A stretch of 35,381 bases of DNA from Catajapyx aquilonaris. Taxonomy: Eukaryota. The notes under the pieces are model-generated. The model saw only the letters and a program-made list of their open reading frames with translations. It did no database searches and was not told where the DNA came from. Position numbers and translations under genes: made by a program. Position 1 is the stretch's first letter, and each line of letters starts with the position of its first letter. Location: assembly GCA_000934665.2 (NCBI GenBank), contig JYFJ02004045.1:1-35381 (forward strand), written 5' to 3'. This document shows positions 23,601 through 32,697 of the stretch, one piece after another.

Positions 23601-26600
23601 GGCATAGCAGTAGACTGGATTGGGAGGAAGTTGTACTGGTTGGATAGACACAGCAAACATCTGGATGTGGCAGAGCTCAATGGGACCAATAGACGCACAC
23701 TCATGTCTGGTATCTCTGACCCAAGAGCTATTGCTGTGCATCCTGGCATTGGATATCTCTTCTACACCAGCTGGCACCTACATGTAAGTTGTGTCTCTCA
23801 CATCCACTGTAACTATGCTTTGGTGTTATTCTCTCTAGAGTACAAAAGAAATAACAGAATTTGTCTTGTATGAGGAGCAACTAAGGCTAATGTTGTAAGA
23901 TTCTATTATGTAGGCTCCAAATAATCTAGTTATTAATTTTTGATAACATTGAATTCCTGAAATAACCTTGACCCACCAGGACTGTAATTTACATAACACT
24001 ACATTATCCAGTGTTTTTAATAGTTTAAATATCATCAAATCAATGTATCATGTATTCTTACACAGCATGTTTGATTCATGTGTTGCCACAGTATGCTAAC
24101 CTATGCAATGTTTTTCCAGTCGTACATTGGCCGCCTAGGTATGGATGGCTCAAACCTGACTCGCATAATCACTTGGGAAGATGGCCTTGCCTGGCCTAAT
24201 GCTATAGCCATAGACTACTTCACTGATCGCGTTTTCTGGGCGGATGCTCATCTTGACTACATAGACTTCTCTGACTTTGATGGCCACAACCGACACACTG
24301 TTGTGAAGAATGCTATGGTTCCACATGTCTTTGCTGTCTCTGTATTTGATGATCATTTGTACTGGACTGACTGGAATCTAAAGGCCATCCTTAGTGCTCA
24401 CAAGTTCACAGGCCACAACGTAACCATCTTGCGAAACACCACTCACCGACCTTACGACATCCATGTGTATCATCCACTGCGACAGCTCCCCTACTTCAAT
24501 CCATGTGGAGACAACAATGGCGGGTGCTCTCACCTTTGCCTCTTGACACCAACTTCCACTGGTGTAACTTACCGTTGTTTGTGTCCGAACCAATTCTATC
24601 TCTTGGCGGACAACCACACCTGCATAGCTAACTGCACTGTTGGCCAACATCGTTGTGGTGGAGGGGATGACCGTTGCATACCCAACTTCTGGAAATGTGA
24701 TGGAGAAAGAGATTGTCGGGATGGGTCAGATGAACCAGCATCATGTCCAACACGCACTTGCCGCCCAGGCCAATTCCAATGCACCAATGAGAATTGCACT
24801 GCCCCAACTACATTGTGTGATGGTGTGGATGATTGTGGGGATGGATCAGACGAGAAAGACTGCCAATTGGCCTGCCCTGAGAATGAGTTTAAGTGCCGCA
24901 GTACTGGAAAGTGTGTTCTGGATGCTTGGAAATGTGATGGTGATGCTGACTGTCCTGATGCTAGTGATGAGGCTACTGATGTTTGTCGTAAGTATATGCG
25001 TCAATCCTGGTTTACCTATTGTTAAAGCTCAAAGAGTGCAATCCGCTGCTGTACTTGAAAAAAAAGAAGACGTACTTTGCATCTTTCTGAGACTGATTAA
25101 CTCTTGTCTACCAGTGACTGATTGAAAGGTACACAGCCTCTTTCAGAGCAATCTTTGTGATGTTTTATGTGGCAGTTGGTTGCAACAAAATTAATTATAT
25201 GTCAAACTACAGTTAGTTTGACATATAATTAATTTTGTTGCATTGTGTGAGCATAAACCATGAAGTAATAACCTCCGTTTTGCTTGCTTTTGTCAGACAA
25301 CCGTGCATGTGACCCCCAGACAGAGTTCTCCTGCCGCAATGGAAGATGCATTCCTAAATTGTGGTTCTGTGACTTTGACAACGACTGTGGCGATGACTCT
25401 GATGAGCCAGCCCATATCTGTCGGCATCGCAACTGCACCCTGGGATGGCAGCGTTGTCCTGGGTGGCCTAACTACCGTTGTATTCCCAAGTGGCTGTTCT
25501 GTGATGGCAAGGATGACTGCAGGGATGGCAGTGATGAGCTGGCAGAGAACTGCCCCAAATGCCACGACACAGGCGACTTTACTTGTAAGAACAACCGTTG
25601 CATACCCAGGCAATGGATGTGTGACTTTGAAAATGACTGTGGCGACAATTCGGATGAAGACGATGAGCTCTGTCAAGAACAGTACAGGGAGTGCTCAGAA
25701 TCAGAGTTCCGGTGCAAGAACAACAAGTGCATTCCACACCGATGGAGATGTGATCATGATGATGATTGTGGGGACAATTCTGATGAGGAGGAATGCAAGG
25801 ACTTCCAGTGCAGGGTAAGGTTATTGAGTTATTGAGTTGGGTACTTGTGATGGGGCCAAATTAACTTTTGATTTTTTTAAAGGCTATGATAAAATATTGC
25901 TCAGCTTGAAGCTGCCACGAAATTGCTAAGCCCCTTGTAAGGAAACATGGTAAATTAACATCCTTATTTTTGTTTGAAGGCTGAGATGTTCCAATGCGCC
26001 AGTGGGCATTGCATAGCAAATTACTTCCGCTGTGATGGTGACATCGACTGCCATGACCTCAGTGATGAAATGAACTGCCCTCCACGTTTCCCTGATGGAC
26101 GTTACTGTGCACGAGAGCGCTTTGAATGTGAGAACCATCTCTGTGTGTCACAGGCTGACATTTGTGATGGAACTGACGACTGTCGCGATGGCTCTGATGA
26201 AAACCCACAACTCTGCAGTAAGTAGCATTTAAGTTTGCTCATATCTTGTGTAACACTATTACTACTATTCTATTTGTACAGTTCTATTTTTACTATCAGT
26301 TACTATTAGTACTATTACATTAATAAGAGCTAAACCATTCCCTTCAGTGAAAAAAAGAGTGGTAAAAAGACCTTTGTAGCGAAATGAAAGTACTGAAACA
26401 ACAAACAAGGCACAGGCACATGTAAGACCTTCACCAATTGATTCAAGCTGTAGTACCATACTATAGGTCTTACTCAAGCAATTTCCAAATTTATTAGTGC
26501 TCATAAAGTCTCCTTTCTGAAAACAATTTGTGGAATTTTCGTTATACTACTAGTTACTTCTATCTTAGCAGCACAAGTGTAGTGCAATGGTACTGCTAGC

Positions 26601-29600
26601 AGTAACTGTAGTAACTAGTAGTATGACGAAAATTCCACCCATTAATATATTTTCCATGAGCCACTCCATGTAAGTGTTTTCTGAAATTAGGGGGTTCTCG
26701 CTGGAGAGCGATTCAGTCGAAGGGTTTCCCTCTGGAGAGAAGCCAACCAGTAAAGGGATCCCCTATGGAGAGAAGCCGTTTCACTCGATGGATTTCTCTC
26801 CGGAGAGGAGCCATCCATGTGGATGGTTTCTCTCCGGGGAGAAGCCGTTTCGGTTAATGGGTTTACCTCCGGAGAGAAGCCAATCATGTGGATGGTTTCT
26901 TTCCGGGGAGAAGCCATTTCAGCGAATGGGTTCCTCACCGGGGAGAAACCGCTTTAATGAATGGGTTTCTCGCTGGGGAGAAGCCAATCCTTGAATGGTT
27001 TCCCTCTGGAGAGAAGCAAATCCAGTAGTTGGTTTCCATCCAGAGAAGAGTAATTATATAGAATGCCCTTTCTGATGATATTGCAATTGCTTCTCTTCGC
27101 GAGGGGCCATTTCAGTGGAACTGCTTCTCTCTTGTATAATTTAAGCTAAGCGTGAATTACTCCTATCCAGAGAGCAGTCATTCTATTGAGTTGCTTCTCT
27201 CCAGAGAGAAACCAGTTGTACTTACGTGCATCCCAGCGAAATTGTTTCTCTCTGAAGAGATACACAAATTACATAAATGACCTCTCTCCTGCATTCTTGG
27301 GGTGTGTTGAGGTTGCTTCTCTCTTGTGATATGCCAAGATTTCGACAACAATGTGGTTGATGGATTGTTGGCAGTTCAAAAATAAAAGTTTCAGAGAACA
27401 CAATGCAGTGTTTTGATCATCTAATACAAACACCGCGTTCACCCCAGAGCAGCCGGGTAACATTTCGCTATAACAACATGGCTAGTTGGTAAACAAGAAT
27501 AATTGGCATTGGTGGGTGATGTCATCATAAACAAATGAAGTAACAAGTAATGATGGAAAAAATAAGACAAAAAATTCATAACTTCAATCCCGTAGCAGGT
27601 AGAACTATGATGTTTTCAACAGAGGTCCCCACTGTCCTGTTGCACATTCAGCCCTTTGAAGAAGAAACAGAATTCCGGATAGTTATTGAGAGAAAAAATA
27701 AAAACATATTTTTAAGTGTTTTTTAAATTTTTCGCGGCATTTTAAAGAGGAATCGTGTTTAGCTGTATATGGTATGAATGCACATCACGGCAGTGGGGAT
27801 CTGTGTTCAAATTTTGGAAGCTCTACCTAGGGCGAATAAAAAAAACGTAACAACAGCAAGATGTTGGAAAACTTCCAGAAAACTTCATTGTTGAAATCTA
27901 TGCTACGGTCTTATACTTAGGGGCTACCGCTCCTAAAATGAAACAGGTGATGCATGTTTTGTTACACCTGTAATACCAGGTTGTGTAATGAGAACACGAA
28001 AGATGTTATAGTATCCACAAATCAGTAAAAGAAATATAAAAGGTTTCAAAGAGTGAATGCAGTATGATGTGATGAGATCATGGTTAATCATTGATTAATT
28101 TGTTTTATTCTCTCCACTTTTCAGCCAATATCAACTGTGACACCCTCCACCGGTTCCAGTGTAACAACCACAAGTGCATACCTCGATACCAGGTTTGTGA
28201 TGGCCATGACAACTGTGGAGATGGAAGTGATGAGAACAACATGACCCTCTGTGCCGTTCGAACTCGTCCATGCAACCTCTTGCGCGAGTTCCGCTGTGCA
28301 AACCGTTTGTGCGTCAGCCAGGATGCAGTATGCAATTTGGCAGATGACTGTGGGGATCAGTCAGATGAGTTGGGTTGCCACGAGAAGACCACCTGCAACC
28401 CAGAAAACATGGGAGGATGTTCATACCGTTGCACCAACCTTACTGGTGGATCAGGCTACATTTGCACATGCAGTCCTGGTTACATAATTTCAAAAACAAA
28501 CCCAAAGAAATGTGAGGATATTGATGAGTGTGCTTCATTTGGAAGTAATTGCTCGCAAGTCTGCTCCAATCTGAATGGGTCCTATGCATGTTCATGCCTG
28601 CCTGGCTTCAGCAGCTCTGAACGGTTCAGTGGACTGTGCAAAGCAAACATCCCAACATTGAGCCTACTAGTGGCTAATGGTCCAGAGATACGCTCCCTTG
28701 TGGTCAATGGGCAGAGGTCAGTGGATGTGATACGCAATGAGAAGAGAATCGAAGCACTTGACTATGATCCTCAATCTGAAATTATATACTGGGCTGATTC
28801 ATATGACAAGACCATTAAGCGTTCCTACCTGCCTGGCGGTCACAACGATGAGGTCAAGGTACAGATTTGAGCATTTTTAATAGCCACTAGGTCAATATAA
28901 CTTCACAGGGTACACAACTTCGTTAACTTTATATTTCAGGTTGGTCATGCGCAGGATCTGGAATTGAAAGGAACAGGGAAACCAACTGCATTAGCTGTGG
29001 ACTGGGTAGCCCATAACTTATACTGGACTGAGACTGATCGCTCTGGGCCTAAGGCTCGTGGCCGAGTTGCCGTGGCTAAGATGGATGGAAGGTACCGCCG
29101 CTCAGTGGTGACCTCGGGTCTGGAGACACCAACCTCCATGGCACTTGACCCAGATAAGGGAGTGATGTACTGGAGTGACACTGGATCAAACCCAAAGGTG
29201 GAGATGGCTTGGATGGATGGCAGCAAGCGCCATGCAGTGGTCACAGACAAGGTTCGCTACCCAACCGGCCTGGTAGTGGACTATGCCATGAGCCACAGGG
29301 TGTACTGGGTTGATACTAAACTGAACACCATTGAGAGCATGAACAGCCTTGGAGGGAATAGGGTGGTGGTGCTGAGCGGAGACCAGCTCAAGCACCCCAT
29401 TGCATTGGATGTCTTTGAGAGCAGCCTATACTGGGTGACCAGGGACAGTGGGGACCTCGTCATGCAGGACAAGTTTGGAAGAGGGGTGCCAGTCGTGATA
29501 GCTAAGGACCTGGTCAATCCAACTGGTGTCAAGTGTAAGTACTTGCAATTATTCCTACTAAGATGGTAGCAAGTGTGGAGGCATAATTATGGCAACAATA

Positions 29601-30819
29601 CGTTTTTAATAATGCACAACTAATTCACATTGACAGCCTTCCACTCCTACCACTACAACACAACCTTAAGCAATCCGTGCCACAACAGCCAGTGTTCCCA
29701 CCTGTGCCTCATTGTTCCCGGAGGGAAGAGGTGTGTCTGTCCAGATAACTCCCAGTACAAGGGCAACACAGGATTTATGTGTGATGCAGGTTAGAGTCAG
29801 ACTGTTGCATGCATTGCATCCCCTAGACACATTTTGTTGAATAACCTGTCTTATTGGTGCACCACAGCATACGAACGTCCAAAGCCGTCCCCACACACAT
29901 GCCCTTGCCAGAATGGAGGTGTGTGTATAGAAAATGGGAATGGAATTATGGTGTGTGAGTGTCCTGAGGACCACACTGGGGAGGTGTGTGAGAACTTTGT
30001 TCAGCGAAGACGTGTTCCTGAGGAAGGAACCAATGCAGCTGCCATCATCGTGCCTATTGTCATTGTGTTGCTGGTCATCATTGGTGCACTAGCAGTATAC
30101 GTATTTGTCAGGAGGAAACCTTTGTGAGTGCCAGTTCTTATTGCCATTAATTTACATCATTAGTTCAAGATTATTAAACTCTCAAACCAACTTGCAGGAA
30201 GATTCATGACAGTATGTCGAGAACCATGTTGGTATTTCCGAGATTAATGTCAGTTCTTCTTACAGTGGGAAAGGAGCTGTATTGGGAAGCCTGAGCAACT
30301 CCCATAGCGTCTCATTCCGCCAAGGGACTAATGTTGAATTTGGAGCGCCAGTATTTAATGGCCCACCAGGAAGAGGAGTAAGCACTTTTAACTACTGTAG
30401 AAGCATTACAGAAAATATTTACTGACTTGCTAAATTTTTAGGAGCCAATGGATCCTGAATACAACCTTGGTGAACTGGGTGCTAAACCAACAGACTTCAG
30501 CAACCCAATGTATGATGCCATTGGCAACATAGAAGTTGGTGCATCTTCCTCAGGCAGGGAAGACGGAGCAGCTGCATCAGCAGTTCCTGTTCCCACATCT
30601 AGGACCTCCCTAGCAAACAAGAGCAACGGGGAGGCACCCTCCCATCCCACCAATGGCATGGAGCCCCCTCCAACCTCTGCAGCTATACTGGCTCCCTCCA
30701 GTATAGTGCAGAGGTCATCTCCTCCCATGCACATCCGCCATCGGGAGTTGGACCCTTCAACAATCGACACTGGTAAGGACACGCAGAAGCTGGTGGAAGA
30801 AGACAGATCCGACTGCTGA
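2484..30819 (+). CDS. LRP2: Low-density lipoprotein receptor-related protein 2 (megalin), spliced gene, 43 coding exons in window, 5'-partial
   Basis: Exons joined at GT-AG sites with consistent phases give ~4,550 codons. Architecture: LDLa x5 (partial) - 2 propellers - LDLa x8 - 4 propellers - LDLa x10 - 1 propeller - LDLa x11 - 1 propeller - EGF - TM - FSNPMY tail. This matches megalin (7/8/10/11), not LRP1 (2/8/10/11). The C-terminus [10 protein letters not shown] resembles the megalin tail end. Confidence 0.95.
5547..5786 (+). CDS. LRP2: Megalin exon 2: two LDL-A repeats
   Basis: ttacag| ... |gtaag; [11 protein letters not shown]...DNSDEQGC; phase 1-1. Confidence 0.93.
5843..6097 (+). 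CDS. LRP2: Megalin exon 3: two LDL-A repeats
   Basis: gtgtag| ... |gtgag; [11 protein letters not shown]...DAADEKNAC; phase 1-1. Confidence 0.93.
7712..7822. mobile_element. Small fold-back MITE-like element (47-bp arms, 17-bp spacer)
   Basis: 7712-7758 vs 7776-7822 inverted, 44/47 match; AATG directly repeated on both flanks; same terminal sequence at 15499-15737. Confidence 0.75.
7884..8000 (+). CDS. LRP2: Megalin exon 4: EGF-like repeat
   Basis: ttgaag| ... |gtatg; [13 protein letters not shown]...DSRTCQ. Confidence 0.9.
8064..8263 (+). CDS. LRP2: Megalin exon 5: Ca-binding EGF and start of propeller 1
   Basis: ttgcag| ... |gtcag; [15 protein letters not shown]. Confidence 0.92.
8470..8810 (+). 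CDS. LRP2: Megalin exon 6: YWTD propeller 1
   Basis: tattag| ... |gtaag; [18 protein letters not shown]. Confidence 0.92.
8905..9308 (+). CDS. LRP2: Megalin exon 7: YWTD propeller 1
   Basis: ttgcag| ... |gtaag; VFWCD, LFWTD. Confidence 0.93.
9407..9547 (+). CDS. LRP2: Megalin exon 8: EGF repeat
   Basis: tttcag| ... |gtaaa; [15 protein letters not shown]. Confidence 0.92.
9615..9824 (+). CDS. LRP2: Megalin exon 9: propeller 2
   Basis: ttccag| ... |gtaga; GLDFD...IYYSD. Confidence 0.92.
10024..10473 (+). CDS. LRP2: Megalin exon 10: propeller 2
   Basis: tttcag| ... |gtaac; [26 protein letters not shown]. Confidence 0.93.
10505..11063. mobile_element. Tc1/mariner-type MITE with ~185-bp terminal inverted repeats
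   Basis: CAGGGTGTTTCC...GGAAACACCCTG termini; TA on right flank (TG on left); arms 10505-10690 and 10873-11063 align nearly throughout. Confidence 0.85.
11282..11722 (+). CDS. LRP2: Megalin exon 11: end of propeller 2, EGF, first LDL-A of cluster II
   Basis: tcatag| ... |gtgag; WVYVTDW...[13 protein letters not shown]. Confidence 0.93.
11879..12492 (+). CDS. LRP2: Megalin exon 12: five LDL-A repeats
   Basis: tttcag| ... |gttag; repeated DCxDxSDE motifs. Confidence 0.93.
12568..12704 (+). CDS. LRP2: Megalin exon 13: LDL-A repeat
   Basis: attcag| ... |gtata; [10 protein letters not shown]...DGSDE. Confidence 0.92.
12767..12944 (+). CDS. LRP2: Megalin exon 14: LDL-A repeat and start of EGF
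   Basis: atgtag| ... |gtatg; [10 protein letters not shown]...DCPNEADE (this reading frame is not in the ORF track). Confidence 0.9.
13015..13201 (+). CDS. LRP2: Megalin exon 15: EGF repeats
   Basis: tttcag| ... |gtggg; [17 protein letters not shown]. Confidence 0.91.
13285..13487 (+). CDS. LRP2: Megalin exon 16: propeller 3
   Basis: ttgcag| ... |gtatg; LFWSD. Confidence 0.91.
13617..13801 (+). CDS. LRP2: Megalin exon 17: propeller 3
   Basis: caacag| ... |gtgag; [16 protein letters not shown]. Confidence 0.92.
13959..14491 (+). CDS. LRP2: Megalin exon 18: propeller 3 and EGF
   Basis: gcacag| ... |gtgag; [19 protein letters not shown]. Confidence 0.93.
14680..14864 (+). CDS. LRP2: Megalin exon 19: propeller 4
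   Basis: ttgcag| ... |gtaaa; LDFD...LYWIE. Confidence 0.9.
15499..15737. mobile_element. MITE nested in the Helitron-like element, same TIR family as 7712-7822
   Basis: 31-bp TIRs (27/31 match), CTGCCGTCAGATATGAGAAGACCGTAACTCA; TACTG directly repeated on both sides. Confidence 0.7.
15909..15967. mobile_element. hAT (Charlie-like) terminal fragment
   Basis: Reverse strand reads CAGTGGTTCCCAACCTGGGGGTCGCG, typical of hAT-Charlie termini; no partner TIR with an 8-bp TSD found. Confidence 0.5.
16557..16819 (+). CDS. LRP2: Megalin exon 20: propeller 4
   Basis: ttgcag| ... |gtatg; [11 protein letters not shown]. Confidence 0.91.
16887..17058 (+). CDS. LRP2: Megalin exon 21: propeller 4
   Basis: ttacag| ... 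|gtcag; KLFWLD, LLYWS. Confidence 0.91.
17249..17699 (+). CDS. LRP2: Megalin exon 22: end of propeller 4, EGF, start of propeller 5
   Basis: tgacag| ... |gtatg; [14 protein letters not shown]. Confidence 0.92.
18159..18477 (+). CDS. LRP2: Megalin exon 23: propeller 5
   Basis: gttcag| ... |gtgtg; [14 protein letters not shown]. Confidence 0.92.
18683..19316 (+). CDS. LRP2: Megalin exon 24: propeller 5, EGF, start of propeller 6
   Basis: tggcag| ... |gtaag; [13 protein letters not shown] x2. Confidence 0.93.
19512..19819 (+). CDS. LRP2: Megalin exon 25: propeller 6
   Basis: tttcag| ... |gtaag; [14 protein letters not shown]. Confidence 0.93.
19980..20451 (+). CDS. LRP2: Megalin exon 26: propeller 6 and start of EGF
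   Basis: ttgcag| ... |gtatg; LYWTD, IYWTD. Confidence 0.93.
20582..20765 (+). CDS. LRP2: Megalin exon 27: EGF end and first LDL-A of cluster III
   Basis: tttcag| ... |gtaag; [13 protein letters not shown]. Confidence 0.92.
20895..21076 (+). CDS. LRP2: Megalin exon 28: LDL-A repeats
   Basis: ttgcag| ... |gtgag; [13 protein letters not shown]. Confidence 0.92.
21264..21487 (+). CDS. LRP2: Megalin exon 29: LDL-A repeats
   Basis: tttcag| ... |gtaag; [15 protein letters not shown]. Confidence 0.92.
21789..22012 (+). CDS. LRP2: Megalin exon 30: LDL-A repeats
   Basis: tctcag| ... |gtgag; [15 protein letters not shown]. Confidence 0.92.
22202..22413 (+). CDS. LRP2: Megalin exon 31: LDL-A repeats
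   Basis: tttcag| ... |gtatg; [12 protein letters not shown]...[15 protein letters not shown] (not in the + ORF track). Confidence 0.91.
22483..22666 (+). CDS. LRP2: Megalin exon 32: LDL-A repeats
   Basis: ccacag| ... |gtgag; [16 protein letters not shown] (not in the ORF track). Confidence 0.91.
22744..22969 (+). CDS. LRP2: Megalin exon 33: last LDL-A of cluster III and EGF
   Basis: ttttag| ... |gttag; CPGGQFRC...NVDEC. Confidence 0.91.
23201..23783 (+). CDS. LRP2: Megalin exon 34: Ca-EGF and propeller 7
   Basis: ttgcag| ... |gtaag; [20 protein letters not shown]. Confidence 0.93.
24120..24987 (+). CDS. LRP2: Megalin exon 35: propeller 7, EGF, three LDL-A of cluster IV
   Basis: ttccag| ... 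|gtaag; [21 protein letters not shown]. Confidence 0.94.
25181..25242. repeat. Perfect 29-bp inverted repeat with 4-nt loop
   Basis: TGCAACAAAATTAATTATATGTCAAACTA-cagt-TAGTTTGACATATAATTAATTTTGTTGCA. Confidence 0.9.
25297..25814 (+). CDS. LRP2: Megalin exon 36: four LDL-A repeats
   Basis: tgtcag| ... |gtaag; repeated DCGDxSDE. Confidence 0.93.
25980..26217 (+). CDS. LRP2: Megalin exon 37: two LDL-A repeats
   Basis: ttgaag| ... |gtaag; [11 protein letters not shown]. Confidence 0.92.
26530..26638. repeat. Inverted repeat / MITE-like hairpin (29-bp arms)
   Basis: 26530-26558 vs 26610-26638, 28/29 match; inner TAGCAGCAC / GTACTGCTA pair. Confidence 0.8.
26687..27938 (+). mobile_element. Candidate Helentron/DINE-1-like non-autonomous element containing the tandem array
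   Basis: Terminal stem-loop TTAGGGGC-tacc-GCTCCTAA followed by AA (27917-27938); small 5' hairpin TCGCT-ggag-AGCGA; internal tandem repeats; boundaries inferred. Confidence 0.4.
26723..27260. repeat. Tandem array (~34-bp period) of a 22-bp palindromic core GGTTTCTCTCCGGAGAGAAGCC
   Basis: Cores start at 26723, 26756, 26791, 26825, 26860, 26894, 26929, 26964, 26997, 27031; degenerate copies continue to ~27260. Confidence 0.9.
28125..28858 (+). CDS. LRP2: Megalin exon 38: two LDL-A, two EGF, start of propeller 8
   Basis: tttcag| ... |gtaca; CEDIDEC, IYWAD. Confidence 0.93.
28940..29534 (+). CDS. LRP2: Megalin exon 39: propeller 8
   Basis: tttcag| ... |gtaag; [23 protein letters not shown]. 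Confidence 0.93.
29637..29789 (+). CDS. LRP2: Megalin exon 40: EGF repeat
   Basis: tgacag| ... |gttag; [24 protein letters not shown] (not in the + ORF track). Confidence 0.9.
29868..30123 (+). CDS. LRP2: Megalin exon 41: EGF and transmembrane helix
   Basis: ccacag| ... |gtgag; [34 protein letters not shown] followed by RRKP. Confidence 0.93.
30266..30377 (+). CDS. LRP2: Megalin exon 42: cytoplasmic tail
   Basis: ttacag| ... |gtaag; phase 2-0 bridges the neighbouring exons; [12 protein letters not shown]. Confidence 0.85.
30442..30819 (+). CDS. LRP2: Megalin exon 43 (last coding): tail with FSNPMY endocytic motif and stop
   Basis: ttttag|GAG CCA ATG; FSNPMY at 30496-30513; ends ...[14 protein letters not shown] with tandem TGA TGA. 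Confidence 0.9.
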   Translation, partial: EPMDPEYNLGELGAKPTDFSNPMYDAIGNIEVGASSSGREDGAAASAVPVPTSRTSLANKSNGEAPSHPTNGMEPPPTSAAILAPSSIVQRSSPPMHIRHRELDPSTIDTGKDTQKLVEEDRSDC

Positions 30820-32697
30820 TGAGCCTTTACTGTGTTTTTAAGCAAGAATTATTATGGGTGTGACATGGGTATACCTAAGGGACATTGTTGGACACTGCAG
30901 GGCCATGCAAGATCTTGGTGACATTGTGCAGAGTATGGCAGAAAAAGTCAAGCTTCAACTCTCATATCTTTTATGCAACTTTTTTAAAGAGTGAGGTGGT
31001 TTAAGAAAAAAAAAAACATACACACACAAAAAGGAAGGCAACTATTTCACTAGTTGCCTCACACCAGTTTTATCGCTTAGGACAAAGAAAAGATTTTTTT
31101 CCCTAACTTATAACATTCCAACCAAATCATATCATTTCCAAATTTTAAGACCTGAACGATTGTTTAAAAATCCATTCCATTATTCCACCTCCCCCTCTGT
31201 CAGGGGGAGTCCCTTTCCATGAGGTTATAAATGAAGGGGGCATCAGGGAGAGTGACAGAAAGCAAAGCCTCTCTGCCACGAGTTTCTTGGACTCGCAAAG
31301 TGCAACCTGGACCTGTATCAAAAGGAAAAAAAAAAAAAGAAAGTGTGCTGCAAGTGATGATGGAAGAAATATTTTTATATAGTGCGTGTCAACTGTTACT
31401 GTACCATGTGTGTAGAGACCTTTTCAAACGTGACAGGAAACTGGGATTCTTCCCTTTATTTTTTTTAATTTTTTGTTTCTGTTTTACTATAAATACTGTA
31501 CAATCTCTCTTTCCACCTGGGAACATGAAAACATTATGGACAGTCTTTTCTTTGCTAATGCATGGAGAAACCACACAAAATTGAATTTTGTACTTAAGAG
31601 CAATAAGGACAGTGCAGTTGGTGTGGAAGTCATCTTGTTTTTGAATCATTGCACAGCAAAACAACAGATGTATAACATAATTTGGAAGTGTCCAGGGCAG
31701 TCACAGGTTCCAATATGATTTTGTTTTAGTTTTATTTCTTCTAAAAGTTCCTGGATGATGCAAGTTATACACTGAAAAAAATGTCAAGTTGGGAACAGTT
31801 CGGAAAAGGACTAGCCGAGTTAGAATCAAGCCGTCCAATTGCATCACAGGAACTGTGCATTCCAGGTTGGATTCCACTGTAAAATGAGCAAAGAAGAAGA
31901 TACTAAGGTGATTTTTCAAATGGGGGAAAAATGGTTTATGTGCAGGGGGGTATGCACATTGGATTTAAGAAATAAGAGCAACGTGAACTGCTTTTGGTGC
32001 TCACGTTTGTTAAGAAGAGGACTGAATCTGTGCCAAAACAACAAAAAAAAGCTGACTATAAACTCTCTTGTGTGGTTAAACTATATCTGACTAGTCTTCC
32101 ACACTGAATTGGATTGTTGTTGTTGTTTTTTTCCTTCTCACCTTCACCCAAACTTCTGTAAACGTTGCTCCCATTTCCTAAATTCAATTGTGATTTCCCT
32201 GTTGTTAATTAATGTGTACAGTGAGGGGTTTAAAAAAAAGGAAAGATTTCCACATGTCTTGTTGAATTTTCATCACAATAGGCTCTTTCAGGTTTTAGTT
32301 GGGGCTTGGCATTCCTTTGCATGTTATTTTTTATCGCTTCGAATTTTATCTGCCGACATTGTTGTGTAAAAATGCTTTCCTTCTCTCCAAATGATGGACG
32401 AGTCAGGCACTGTAGCTGGAACCATCATTGATATTCTGTGTCAGTATTATTGGCTTTTGGACAGAGGAATATACTATTTCATTACTATTATTTTTTGAGT
32501 GATCTGGGTTACTTTTCTCTTGTGATTTAACCCAAAAGCATGAGTGAGCTGCAGTTTATTGTTAGTCCTCTACTTTGTTTGCATCTTTTTTTCCCCCTCC
32601 GAGTCGCACATAAAACCAGGCAGAGCCATATAGGTGTACAGTACATATTATTAGCTAAAGTATCCAGGAAATTATATAAAAAAAAAGAAATCAAATT

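Noticed and set aside
26674..26994. ORF with repeated GEKPF resembling C2H2 zinc-finger linkers
   Set aside because: Lacks CxxC...HxxxH; spacing is 23 aa rather than 28 aa; a by-product of translating the DNA repeat
26723..27052. CRISPR array interpretation of the palindrome-spacer repeats
   Set aside because: Eukaryotic intron, no cas genes, spacers only 11-13 bp and related to each other, repeats degenerate
30817..30822. Stop-codon readthrough of megalin
   Set aside because: TGA is followed immediately by a second in-frame TGA
9403..30845. Many minus-strand and alternative-frame ORFs overlapping megalin exons
   Set aside because: Shadow frames of Cys/Asp-rich repetitive coding sequence; no independent domain or splice logic
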